Source: Thermoanaerobaculia bacterium
GTDB lineage: Bacteria; Acidobacteriota; Thermoanaerobaculia; Multivoradales; UBA5704
Assembly (NCBI GenBank): GCA_035490435.1
Contig: DATHEF010000069.1
Coordinates: forward strand, 8,180-72,179
Direction: 5' to 3'
DNA: 64,000 nucleotides
The notes under the pieces were generated by a model. It did not search any database and had not been told where the DNA came from. It was given only the letters and a program-made list of their open reading frames with translations. Made by a program: the position numbers and the translations under genes. Positions 7,887 through 19,000 of the stretch are shown here, piece by piece (the stretch's first letter is position 1; each line of letters begins with the position of its first letter).

Positions 7887-9170
7887 CTACCCCACCCGGC
7901 CCGCGATCAGCGGTGGCGCCTCGCCACCATCCCCCACCGTGAAGCAAGCCCCGAAGGCTTCCGCCAAGCGCTCGTTCTCGCTCCTCAGATAGACCCGGGC
8001 CAGCTCCTCCCCTGCCTCCACCGCGGCGCCGAGGCGGACCCGGGTGTCGAGGGAGATCCCGAAATCGATGGCGTCGCCGGGGTGGGCGCGGCCGCCGCCG
8101 GCCTCGACCAGGAGGAGCCCGAGCTGGCGCACGTCCACGGCGGCGAGCCGGCCGGAGCGCCGGGCGAGGAGGGGGCGCTCGACCGGAGCGAGGTCGAAGC
8201 GGGGGGCGCGCAGCCATGCGGGGTCGGCGCCCTGGAGCGCGGCCCAGCGCTCGAACGCCTCGCGGGCGCGGCCGGAGGCGATCGCCGCCGCCATCTCCCG
8301 CCGCTCGAGGGGCTGGCCGGCGAGCCGCGCGACCTCCTCCGCGAGAGCGAAGGTGACCTTCATGAGGTCCTCCGGCCCCTCCCCCGCCAGGGCGTCGAGC
8401 GACTCGCGGACCTCGGCGGCGTGGCCGGCCCAGCGGCCGAGCGGCTGGCTCATGTCGGTGACCAGGCAGGCGGCCGGCGTGCCGAGGGCGCGCGAGGTCT
8501 CGACCAGGCCGCGCGCCAGCTCCAGCGAGCGGTCGAGCTCGGGGAGGAAGGCGCCGTTGCCGGTCTTGACGTCGAAGACCACCGCGGCGGCGGCGGTCGC
8601 CAGCTTCTTCGAGAGGATGCTGGCGGTGATCAGCGGGATCGAGTCGACGGTGGCGGTGACGTCGCGCAGGGAGTACAGGCGGCGGTCGGCGGGAGCGAGC
8701 CCGGCGGTGGCGGCGCCGATCGCCATGCCGCAGCGGGCGAGGAGGTCGAGGCAGCGGCCGCGGTCGAGCCGCAGGTCCATCCCCGGGATGCTCTCCAGCT
8801 TGTCGATGGTGCCGCCGGTGTGGCCGAGGCCGCGGCCGGCGAGCATGAAGACGGGGAGCCCGCAGCTCGCCAGCAGCGGCGCGATCACCAGCGACACCTT
8901 GTCGCCGACGCCCCCCGTCGAGTGCTTGTCGCAGAGGCGCGGGACCTCCGCCCCGAGGTCCCAGAGCTCGCCCGAGTCGCGCATCGCGAGCGTCAGGGCG
9001 CGGGTCTCCTCGCCGTCCAGCCCGCGGATGGCGGCCGCCATCAGGAACGCCGCGAGCTGCCCCTCGCTCCAGGAGCCGTCGGTGGCGCCACGGGCGACCG
9101 ACCGGATCTCCTCGGCGTCGAGCCGCATCCCGGCGCGCTTGCGCTCCAGGATGCGGTAGGGAAGGAGCAT
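7887..9170 (-). CDS. deoA: thymidine / pyrimidine-nucleoside phosphorylase
   Basis: ILERKRAG..L..EEI...SEGQLAAFLMAAAIRGL...CDKHSTGGVGDKVSLVIAPLLASCG, 427 aa. Confidence 0.9.
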   Translation of the reverse strand: MLLPYRILERKRAGMRLDAEEIRSVARGATDGSWSEGQLAAFLMAAAIRGLDGEETRALTLAMRDSGELWDLGAEVPRLCDKHSTGGVGDKVSLVIAPLLASCGLPVFMLAGRGLGHTGGTIDKLESIPGMDLRLDRGRCLDLLARCGMAIGAATAGLAPADRRLYSLRDVTATVDSIPLITASILSKKLATAAAAVVFDVKTGNGAFLPELDRSLELARGLVETSRALGTPAACLVTDMSQPLGRWAGHAAEVRESLDALAGEGPEDLMKVTFALAEEVARLAGQPLERREMAAAIASGRAREAFERWAALQGADPAWLRAPRFDLAPVERPLLARRSGRLAAVDVRQLGLLLVEAGGGRAHPGDAIDFGISLDTRVRLGAAVEAGEELARVYLRSENERLAEAFGACFTVGDGGEAPPLIAGRVG

Positions 9171-9194
9171 CAGAGAATCAGCGAATCGGCCGGA

Positions 9195-9983
9195 TCAGCC
9201 GGGGAAGCCGGCCGGCATGCCGCCCGGAATGGCACCGCCACCGCCCGCCGGGGCGCGCGTCGGATCGAGGGCGGCCACCTTCTGCTGGGCTTCCGTGCGG
9301 TAGGGGGACTGCGGGAACTCGTCGAGGATCCGCTGGTAGGACTGGATCGCCTCCTGCGGGCGGTGGAGATCCTCCAGGGTGGTCCCCAGCTCGTGCAGGA
9401 TCATGTCCTGCGGGAGCGGCGTGTCCCCCTTCTCGAGCATCCCGCGCAGTTGCTGGGCCACCTGCTCCCCCTTGCCCTGCTTGCGGTCGAGGGCGAGCAG
9501 GTTGAGCCGCGCCTCGGTGCCGAGCATGGTCCCCTCGTGGTCGTCGGCGTAGTCGTTCCAGAGCTTGCGGGCCTCGTCCAGGCGCCCCTCGTCGGCGGCG
9601 ATCTGGGCGAGGTAGAGGCTGGCCACGGCGCCGGCGGCGGTCGAGCCGTAGTCGTCGTGGACCTTCTTCAGCAGCTCCTTGGCGCGCGTCCGGCGGGCGG
9701 AGTCGGTCGGGAAGCTCGGCTCGTCGGCGTCGGCGGGCTTGGCGCCGGTCGCCGCGACGGGGGCCTGATAGACCTTCATCGCCGCGGACAGCGCGTGGTT
9801 GGCCTCCTCCAGGCGGTGGACGCGATAGAAGTGGATCGCGATCCCGAGCGCCACGAGCAGGAGGATGCCGCCGATCGCGTAGGCGATGTTCCGGACGTGG
9901 CTGCCGGCGTACTCGACGCCGCGGCCCATGGCGGCGGTGAATTCGTCACGTTTGATATCTTTGCGGGTCAGACGTTCGTTCAT
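9195..9983 (-). CDS. single-pass membrane TPR protein (YfgM-like)
   Basis: N-terminus LTRKDIKRDEFTAAMGRGVEYAGSH, followed by a TM helix IAYAIGGILLLVALGIAIHFY and TPR-like helices. Confidence 0.7.
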   Translation of the reverse strand: MNERLTRKDIKRDEFTAAMGRGVEYAGSHVRNIAYAIGGILLLVALGIAIHFYRVHRLEEANHALSAAMKVYQAPVAATGAKPADADEPSFPTDSARRTRAKELLKKVHDDYGSTAAGAVASLYLAQIAADEGRLDEARKLWNDYADDHEGTMLGTEARLNLLALDRKQGKGEQVAQQLRGMLEKGDTPLPQDMILHELGTTLEDLHRPQEAIQSYQRILDEFPQSPYRTEAQQKVAALDPTRAPAGGGGAIPGGMPAGFPG

Positions 9984-10058
9984 CGAAAAACTCTCCCAAC
10001 CTGTTCAGGGATGACGGCGACTAGGCGTAGCGAGCGCAAAAGGCTACCACAGTCGGGC

Positions 10059-13000
10059 TTACGTCTCGACCGCCCGCCCCAGTCCCTCGTCGCCGGTCTC
10101 CGCCACCCGCGCCCGCAGGGCGTGCTCGATGCAGCTCCGCAGCCGTGCCGCGAGCGTCTCGGCATGCGGCGGGAAGTGCATCGAGAGATGGTTGCCGGGA
10201 GCCTCGTGGACCTCGGCGCCGCCGAGCGCCAGCCCGGCCCAGACGGCGTCGTCCCCCAGCCCCTCCTCGGCGCGGATATAGAACAGGCTGGTGTCGAACG
10301 GCTGCGGCTCGTAGGCGCGCACCGCCTGCCGGTTGGCGTGCACCACCCGCACCAGCCGCCGCAGCTCGGGCAGGCCGAACGACCCGGCGAGGGTGCCCGC
10401 CCGCCGTCCATGGTCGAGGATGAGCCGCAGGCGCTCCTCCGGCGCGAGCGCGCGGAGATCGCCGAGCGAAACGCCCGGAGCCCCCTGGGCGACGTGCTGC
10501 AGGATCGAGAGCTCGGCATCCCCTTCCGCGTCCCCCTGCTGGCGCGCGAAGCGGGCCGGGTCGGGCGCGTCGAGCAGCGCCAGGAACGCCACCTCCCGCT
10601 GCAGGGAGCGCAGCTTGCGGGCCATCTCGAAGGCGATCAGCCCGCCCAGCGAGCTGCCGGCCAGGAGGTAGGGGCCCTGGGGCTGGAACGAGAGCAGCGC
10701 GTTGACGTAGACGGCCGCCATCTCCTCGACGGTCGTCAGCGGCTCCTCGTCGGCGGCGAAGCCCACCGCCTGGAGGCCGTAGACCGGCTGCTCCGGCCCG
10801 AGCGCCGCCACCACCTGGCGGTAGAGGAACAGCTCGCCGGAGAGCGGGTGGACGAGGAAGAGCGGCGGCTCCGAGCCCCCCGGCTGCAGGCCGACCAGCA
10901 CGGAGGGGATCGGCGACCAGCGCTCCCCGGGCTCCTCCGGCTTGACGTCGTAGCCGAGCCGGGCCGCGAGGTCCCGCGTCCCGCCGTCGAGGGACTCCAG
11001 GGCGTGGCTCTCCCGCCACCTCTCCGCCACCCGCGCCTCGACCCCCTGGTACTGGTGGAACTTGACGTCGCCCAGCATGCGCGACTCGGCGTGGACGCCG
11101 TCGGTCATGCGGGCCGACTTCCGCTTGTAGGGCTCCGCCATGTCGGGGTGGTACTCGAGCCCCAGGAACTCGCAGATCCCGCGCAGGATCGCCTCCGGCT
11201 CGCGCAGCAGGTCCTCGAAGCGGACCCAGTGCTGGCGGCCGGCCGGCACGCCGCCCAGGAACTCCACGATGTTCTCGTGGCTCTCCCGCCAGATCAGCTC
11301 GGCGAGCTGGCGCCGGGAGAACGGGTGCTCGTAGCGGAAGAAGAGCTGGTCGAGCTTGGCTTCCTCGAAGGAGTGGATCATGCCCAGCGGATGGCGGATG
11401 AGGTGGATGTAGCGCGGCTCCTCGAACCCCTCCTCGGCCCGCCGCAGCACCGCCGGATCGAGCGCGTAGGACGGGGTCTTGTCGACCAGGATGCGGTCGC
11501 CGAGCCACTCCTGCAGCCGGCCGTAGAATTCGAGCGCCGTCAGCCCCTCCCGCTCGCAGCCGGCGACCAGCGCCTCGGCCTCCTCGGCGCCGCAGCCGCG
11601 GATCTCCATGACGGCGCGGATCACCCCCTCGAGCCAGAAGGCGTCGCGGCCGCTGAACGCCGCCCGGCGCTCCTGGAGCGTGTTGAAGGAGAGCAGCTCC
11701 AGCTCCGGCGGCGAGAAGAGCCGCGGATGGCCGCCGAGCATCACCCGCATCAGGGTGGAGCCCGAGCGCGGCGGCGAGAGCACGAAAACCGCTTTGGGGT
11801 TCCTGGCCGGGGCCTGCGCCAGCGGGGCGAGCGGCCGGATCAGACTCCGCAGCTCCGCCAGCTCGGCGTCGCCGGCGGCCGCCACCGCCGCCGCCCGCCC
11901 GCCCGAGCTGCCCAGGGCACCCCGGCCGAACAGCCTCGCCACCCCCTCCGGATGCTGGTCGATCAGATAGGCGGACATCTCGGCGATCGTGGGATGGTCG
12001 AAGATCACCACCACGTGGACGATCTCCCGCAGCTTCTCCTGCAGCCGGCTGACCAGCACCGCGCCGGTGATCGAGCTCCCCCCCACCGCGAAGAAGTCGT
12101 CGTGCACCCCGACCTGGGAGACCTTCAGGACCTCCTGCCAGAGGATGGCCAGGAACCGCTCGAGATCGTTCGCCGGGGCGACATAGGAGGCCTCGAGCAC
12201 CGATCCCGCCGCTCCGGGCGCCGGCAGGGCGCGGCGGTCCACCTTGCCGTTGGCGGTCAGCGGCATGCGGTCGAGCGCCACCAGGGACGACGGCAGCATG
12301 TACTCGGGGAGAGTGGCGGCGAGCGCCTCCCGCAGCTCGGCCAGGCCGGGCGCGGCGGCGCCGGCCGGCACCACGTAGGCCACCAGACGCCGCTCCGCCC
12401 CGTCCTCGCGGGCCAGCACCACTGCCTCGCGCACCGCCGGATGAGCGGCGAGCGCCGACTCGATCTCCCCCAGCTCGATGCGGAAACCGCGGATCTTCAC
12501 CTGGTGGTCGATCCGCCCCAGGTACTCGAGGTCGCCGTCGGCCAGGAAGCGCGCCAAGTCGCCGCTGCGGTAGAGCCGCGAGCCCGGCTCGCCGTAGGGA
12601 TCGGGCACGAAGCGCTCCGCCGTCAGCTCCGGCCGGCCGAGGTAGCCCAGGGCGAGGCCGGCGCCGCCGACGTGGATCTCTCCCGGCACTCCCGCCGGCA
12701 GCGGCTGGGCGGCGGCGTCGAGCACGTAGAGCCCGAGGTCGGGGATCGGCCGGCCGATGACGCTGCCGGCGCCGGCCACCTCCGTCCATCCGACCGGGCG
12801 ATAGGTGACGTGCACCGTCGTCTCGGTGATGCCGTACATGTTGATCAGCCGCGGCGTCTGATCGCCATGGCGCTCGAACCAGGGCGCGAGGCTCGCCGGC
12901 TCCAGCGCCTCGCCGCCGAAGACCACGTAGCGCAGGGCGAGGTCCGGCGCCGCTCCGCCGAGCGCCGACTCCTCGGCCCAGATGAGCTGCCGGAACGCCG

Positions 13001-16000
13001 ACGGCGTCTGGTTGAGCACCGTCACCCGCTCGGTCGCCAGCAGGTCGTAGAACGCCTCGGGCGAGCGGCTCACCCAGTACGGCACGACCACCAGCCGGCC
13101 GCCATGAAGCAGGGCGCCCCACAGCTCCCAGACCGAGAAGTCGAAGGCGTAGGAGTGGAACAGCGTCCAGACGTCCTCGGCGCCGAAGCCGAACCAGGGC
13201 TCGGTGGCGGTGAACAGCCGCACGGCGTTGCCGTGCCGCACCACCACCCCCTTGGGCTGGCCCGTCGAGCCCGAGGTGTAGATGACGTAGGCCGGGTAGT
13301 CCGCCGCGACCGCGACCCGCGGATCGCCGGCGCTCTCGCCGAGGATCCGCTCGCGGTCGCGATCGAGCAGGATCACCCGGGTGCCGGGGCCGGGCTCCGG
13401 CAGGACGGCGGCCAGCGACTCCTGGGCGATCAGCACCGGCACCTGGCTGTCCTCCAGCATGAAGGCCAGCCGCTCCCGCGGATACGCCGGATCGAGGGGC
13501 ACGTAGGCGCCGCCGGCCTTGAGCACGGCGAGCATCGCCACCACCATCCCGACGGACCGCTCGAGGCAGAGGCCCACGAGATCCCCAGGCGCGACCCCTG
13601 AAGCGATCAGGTGATGCGCCAGCCGGTTCGCTCTCTGGTCGAGCTCGCCGTAGCTCAGCCCCTCGCCTTCGCAGCTCACCGCGATCGCCTCCGGCGCGCG
13701 CGCCGCCTGGGCCGCGAAGATCTCGTGCAGGCAGGAGCCGCCGAGCGCTTCCGACCGGCGCTCCTCGAGACCGAGCTGCCGGCGTTCCGCCGCGGTGAGG
13801 ATCGGCAGCTCCGCCAAGCTCCGGTCGGGATCGGCGGCGGCGCCGGCGATCAGCATCTCGAAGTGCCGGGACATGCGCGCGAGGGTGGCGCGGTCGAAGA
13901 GGTCGGTGTTGAACTTCCAGACGCCGAGGAGGCCGCCGGCGCCCTCCCGCAGGTTGAGCACGATGTCGAACTTGGCGCTCTGGCTGCTCCCCTCGACCGG
14001 GCTCAAGGTGAGGCCGGGCAGCTCGAGGGCGGCGGCGGCGGCCGCCTGCTGGAACTGGAAGACCACCTGGAACAGCGGCGAGCGCGACAGGTCGCGCTCC
14101 GGCTGCAGCTCCTCGACCAGCTTCTCGAACGGCAGGTCCTGATGGCTGAGGGCGCCGAGGGCGACCTCGCGCACGCGGTCGAGCAGCTCGCGGAAGGCCG
14201 GCCGGCCCGACAGGCCGGTGCGCATCGGCAGGGTGTTGACGAAGAAGCCGATCAGCGGCTCGAGCTCGCGGCGGTCCCGCCCGGCGACGGTGGCGCCGAC
14301 GATCACGTCGTCCTGCCCCGAGTAGCGGTAGAGCAGCGCCTGGAAGCCCGCCAGCAGCGTCATGTAGGAGGTCGCCCCCTGCCGCCGGCCGAGGTCGAGG
14401 AACGCCCGGCTCGCCTCGCGGCCGAAGGCGAGCGGCTCGTCGGCGCCGCGGAACTGCTGGACGGCCGGCCGCGGGCGGTCGGTGGGGAGCTGCAGGACGG
14501 CGTGCCCGGCGAGCACCCGCCGCCAGTAGGCGAGCTGCGACTCCAGAACCTCGCCGCGCAGCCACTGCCGCTGCCAGACGGCGAAGTCGCCGTACTGGAC
14601 GGCGAGCTCGGGCAGCGGCGACGGCTCACCGGCGAGCAGGGCCGGGTAGAGGGCCGCGAGCTCGCCGATCAGGACCCCCATCGACCAGCCATCCGAAACG
14701 ATGTGATGCGTCGTCAGCAAGGCGACGTGCTCGTCCTCGCCGGAGCGCAGGAGCGTGGCGCGGATCAGCGGGCCGGCGCCGAGATCGAACGGCCGCCGCG
14801 CCTCGACACCGGCGAGCCGGCGGACGGCCGCCTCGCGCTCCTCTTCCGGTAGCCGTCGCAGGTCGATCAGCGGCATCTCCAGCGCCGGCTCCGCCACCAC
14901 CTGCACCGGGGTTCCGCCGCGCACGGCGAAGGTCGTGCGCAGGGCCTCGTGGCGGCGCACCACCTCCCGCAGGCTGCCGCGCAGGGCGGCCACGTCCAGC
15001 ACGCCGCGGAAGCGGACGGCGGTGGGCATGTTGTAGGTGGCCGTGCCCGGCTGGAGCTGCTCCAGGAACCAGAGCCGCTGCTGGGCGAAGGAGAGCGGCA
15101 GGTCGCCGCCGCGTGGCACCGGCACCAGCGGCGGCGCGGTCAGTCCGGAACCGGCGCCGAGGGCGGCTTCCACCGCCTCGGCCAGCGCGGCGACCGTCGG
15201 CCGCTCGAACAGCAGGCGCAGCGGCAGCTCGACGCCGAAGCTCTCGCGCACCCGGGAGATCACCTGCGTCGCGAGCAGCGAATGGCCGCCGAGGTCGAAG
15301 AAGCTGTCGTGGATGCCGACCGTCTCGCGCGACAGCAGCGCCGCCCAGATCGCCGCCAGCCGCTCCTCGGCCGGATTGCGCGGCGCCGCGAAGCCGGCGG
15401 CGGCGCTCCGGCGCTCCGGCGCCGGCAGGGCGCGGCGGTCGACCTTGCCGGTCGGCGCCAGCGGCAGGGCCGCCATCACCACGAAGTCCGCGGGCACCAT
15501 GTAGGCCGGCAGGGCGGCGAGCAGGAACCGCCGCAGCTCCCCCTCCTCCGGCGCCTCGCCCGGCTGGAAGACCAGGTAGGCGGCGAGGCTGCGGGTGGGC
15601 CCGTCCTCGCGGTCGACCACCGCCACCTCGCGCACCGCCGGATGGCGGGCGAGGACGGCCTCGATCTCCCCCAGCTCGACCCGGAAGCCGCGGATCTTGA
15701 CCTGCTGGTCGACCCGCCCGGCGAACTCGATGGCGCCGTCCGTCCGGTAGCGGGCGAGGTCGCCGGTGCGATAGAGGCGCCCGCCGGCATCGCCCGAGAA
15801 CGGATCGGGAACGAACTTCTCGGCCGTCAGCGCCGGCTGGCGCAGGTAGCCGCGCGCCACGCAGAGGCCGCCGAGGAAGATCTCCCCCGGCATGCCCACC
15901 GGCACCGGCTGCAGCTCGCGGTCGAGCAGATAGACGCGCGCCTTCGCCGTCGGCCGGCCGATCGGCAGCGTGCGCGGCGGCGCTCCCCGCTCGCAGAGCC

Positions 16001-19000
16001 AGGAGGTGACCGAGATCGTCGCCTCGGTCGGGCCGTAGCGGTTGAGCAGATCGGCGCCCGGCAGGACCGCGTAGAACTGCCCCGGCAGCGGGGCGGGGAC
16101 CGTCTCGCCGCCGGTGATGACGGTGCGCAGGCTGGCGCAGCCGTCGAACCCCGGCTGCTCGAACAATACGGAGAGCAGCGCCGGGGGGAAGGAGGCGTAG
16201 GTGATCCCCTGCTCGCGGATGAGATCCACCAGATAGGCCGCGTCCTGCTGGCCGCCGGGACGGGCGAGCACGGTCCGGCCGCCGGCGGCGAGCGGAGCGA
16301 AGATCTCGAGCAGCGAGACGTCGAAGCTGATCGTCGTCTTCTGGAGGAAGGCGTCGGCCGCGGTCACGTCCCCCGTGCGGGCGTATTGCAGGCGGTTGCC
16401 GAGTGCGCGGTGGGAGACCACCACCCCCTTCGGCTGCCCGGTCGAGCCCGAGGTGTAGATGACGTAGGCGGGATGGTCCGGGAGCACCGGGACGCCCAGA
16501 TCTCGCTCGCTCCCGACGGCGGGGCCGTCGAGCGAGTCGAGCGGGACGATCCGGAGGCCATCGCGCGCCGGGAGATCCGGCACCAGCCGCTCCTGGGCCA
16601 GGAGCAGCCCGATGCCGGCGTCCTCCATCATGAAGGCCAGCCGCTCGGCCGGCAGCGCGGGATCGAGCGGCAGATAGGCGCCGCCCGCCTTGAGAATGGC
16701 GAGCAGCCCCACCACCATCTCGAACGAGCGCTCGGCGCTGATGCCCACCACCGACTCCGGTCCCACTCCGAGATCCCGGAGATGCCGGGCGAGCCGGTTG
16801 GCGCGCGCGTTCAGCTCGCCATAGCTGAGGCTCTCCGCCTCGAAGACGACGGCGGCGGCCTGCGGAGTCCTCGCGGCCTGCTCCTCGACGAGCCGGTGGA
16901 CGAAACCCTCGTCGGGGTAGTCGGCCGGCGGCCGGTTCCACTCCACCAGGAGCTGCTCCCGCTCGGGGGCGGTGAGCAGCGGCAATTCGGTGAGACGGCG
17001 GGCGGGATCGGCCGTCAGCTCCGCGAGCAGGGTCTGGAAGTGCCCGGCCCAGCGGGCGATCGTCTCCGCCTCGAAGAGGGCGGTGCTGTAGACCCACTGC
17101 CCGAAGATCTGCGGGCCGTTGTCGAACACGGTCAGGGAGAGGTCGAACTTCGAGACCGCGAAGTCCTCGGCCACCGGGGCGAGGGTGAGGCCGGGCAGCT
17201 CGAAGCGCGCCGCCGGGGCGTTCTGGAAGGCGAGCATCACCTGGAACAGCGGCGGGTAGCTCAGGTTGCGCTCGGGAGCGATCTCCTGCACCACCTTCTC
17301 GAACGGCACGTCCTGGTGAGCGTAGCCCTCCAGGGACGCCCGGCGAACCCGCTCCAGCAGCGTCGCGAAGCCGGGCGCCCCGGCGAGGTCGGCGCGCAGC
17401 ACCAGCGTATTGACGAAGAACCCGATCAGCGGCTCCAGCTCCTTGCGGTTGCGGCCGGCTACGGGCGAGCCGACGGCGAAGTCCTCCTGCCCGGAGTAGC
17501 GGCCGAGGAAGGCCTGGAACGCGGCCATCACGGTCATGAAGCTGGTCGCTCCGCGCTCGCGGCTCAGCATCCGCAGGGCCGCCGAGAGCTCGCCCGAGAG
17601 CACGAAGCCGTGCGTCGAGCCGCGGAAGCTCTGGACGCTCGGGCGCGGCCGGTCGCCCGGGAGCTGCAGGACCGGCACGCCGGCGAGCCGCTCGCGCCAG
17701 TAGGCGAGCTGCCGCTCGATGGCCGCCCCTTCCAGCCACCGCCGCTGCCAGCGGGCGAAGTCGACGTACTGCACCGGCAGCGCCGGCAGCGGCGACGGCT
17801 CCCCTGCCACGAAGGCGGCGTAGAGAGCCGCGACCTCGCGCACCAGCACGCCGATCGACCAGCCGTCGCAGACGATGTGATGGGCGGTGAACGAGGCGAC
17901 GTGATCCTCGGCGCCCAGCCGCACCAGCAGGGCCCGGATCAGCGGGCCGGCGGCGAGGTCGAACGGCTCGCCGCCGTAGGCCGCGACGGCATCGCGGGCC
18001 GCGAGATCGCCCGCCGCGGCGGGCAGCGCCGACAGATCGACCACCCGCGGCTCCAGCCGCGGCTCCGGGCCGATGATCTGGACCGGGTTCCCCTGCGCCG
18101 CCGCGAACGTGGTGCGCAGCGCGGCATGGCGGCGCGCGATCTCTTCCAGGCTGCGGCCGAGCACCGGCACGTCGAGGCGACCGAGCAGACGCACGCTCAT
18201 CGAGACGTTGTAGGTCCGCGTCCCCGGATCGAGCTGGTCGAGGAACCAGAGCCGCTCCTGCGAGAAGGAGAGCGGCAGCGCCTCCCCTTCCCGCCAATCC
18301 CCGGCTTCGAGGACCGCTGCCTCCCCCTCCAGCCCGGCGATGACGCCCACGCGCTCGCGCTCGACGTCGTAGCCCAGCCGGGCCGCCAGCCGCCACGTCG
18401 CCTCGCCGAGGAAGTCGTGGTCATAGGCTTCGCGCCAGCGTTCGGCCACCTCCGCGTCGACCCCGCTATGCTCGTGAAACTTGACGTCCCCGAGCATCCG
18501 CGACTCGGCGTAGAGGCCGTCCGTCATCCGCGCCCGCCGCTTGACGTACGGCACGGCCATGTCGGGGTGATAGTCGATCCCGAGCGACGCGCACACCCCG
18601 CGCAGAACCCCCTCGGGGTCCTTCAGGAGCTCCTCGAAGTGGAGGGTCTGCTGGCGCTCCGGCGGGACTTCGGCGAGGAAGTCGAGGATGTTCTGATGCG
18701 CGATCCCCCACAGCGCCTCGGCCAGCTCCCGGCGGTCGAACGAGTGATTCTCGGCAAAGAAGATCTGGTCGATCCGGGCCTCCTCGAAGGAGTGGATCAT
18801 GCCGTAGGGGTGGCGAACCAGATGCAGATAGCGGGCGCCGCCGAACACTTCCTCGGCGCGCCGCAGCGTCGCCGGATCCCAGGCGTAGGTCGGCGTCTTG
18901 TCGACCAGCAGGCGCGGCGCGATGCGCTCCTGGAGGATGCGGTAGGCCTCCTGCGTCGTCGTGCCGTTCCATTCGAGCTGCTCGACCAGCGTGCCCGCCT

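Noticed and set aside
8082-13601. 1839-aa plus-strand ORF. The same applies to 14949..25817 (3622 aa), 30373..37458 (2361 aa), 2595..5465 (956 aa), 25669..28158, 28241..30376, 45193..47628 and 47828..49879.
   Set aside because: These are antisense shadow ORFs of strongly supported minus-strand genes in high-GC DNA. Their translations are low-complexity (R/G/A/P/D/E/L-rich) with no recognisable motifs.
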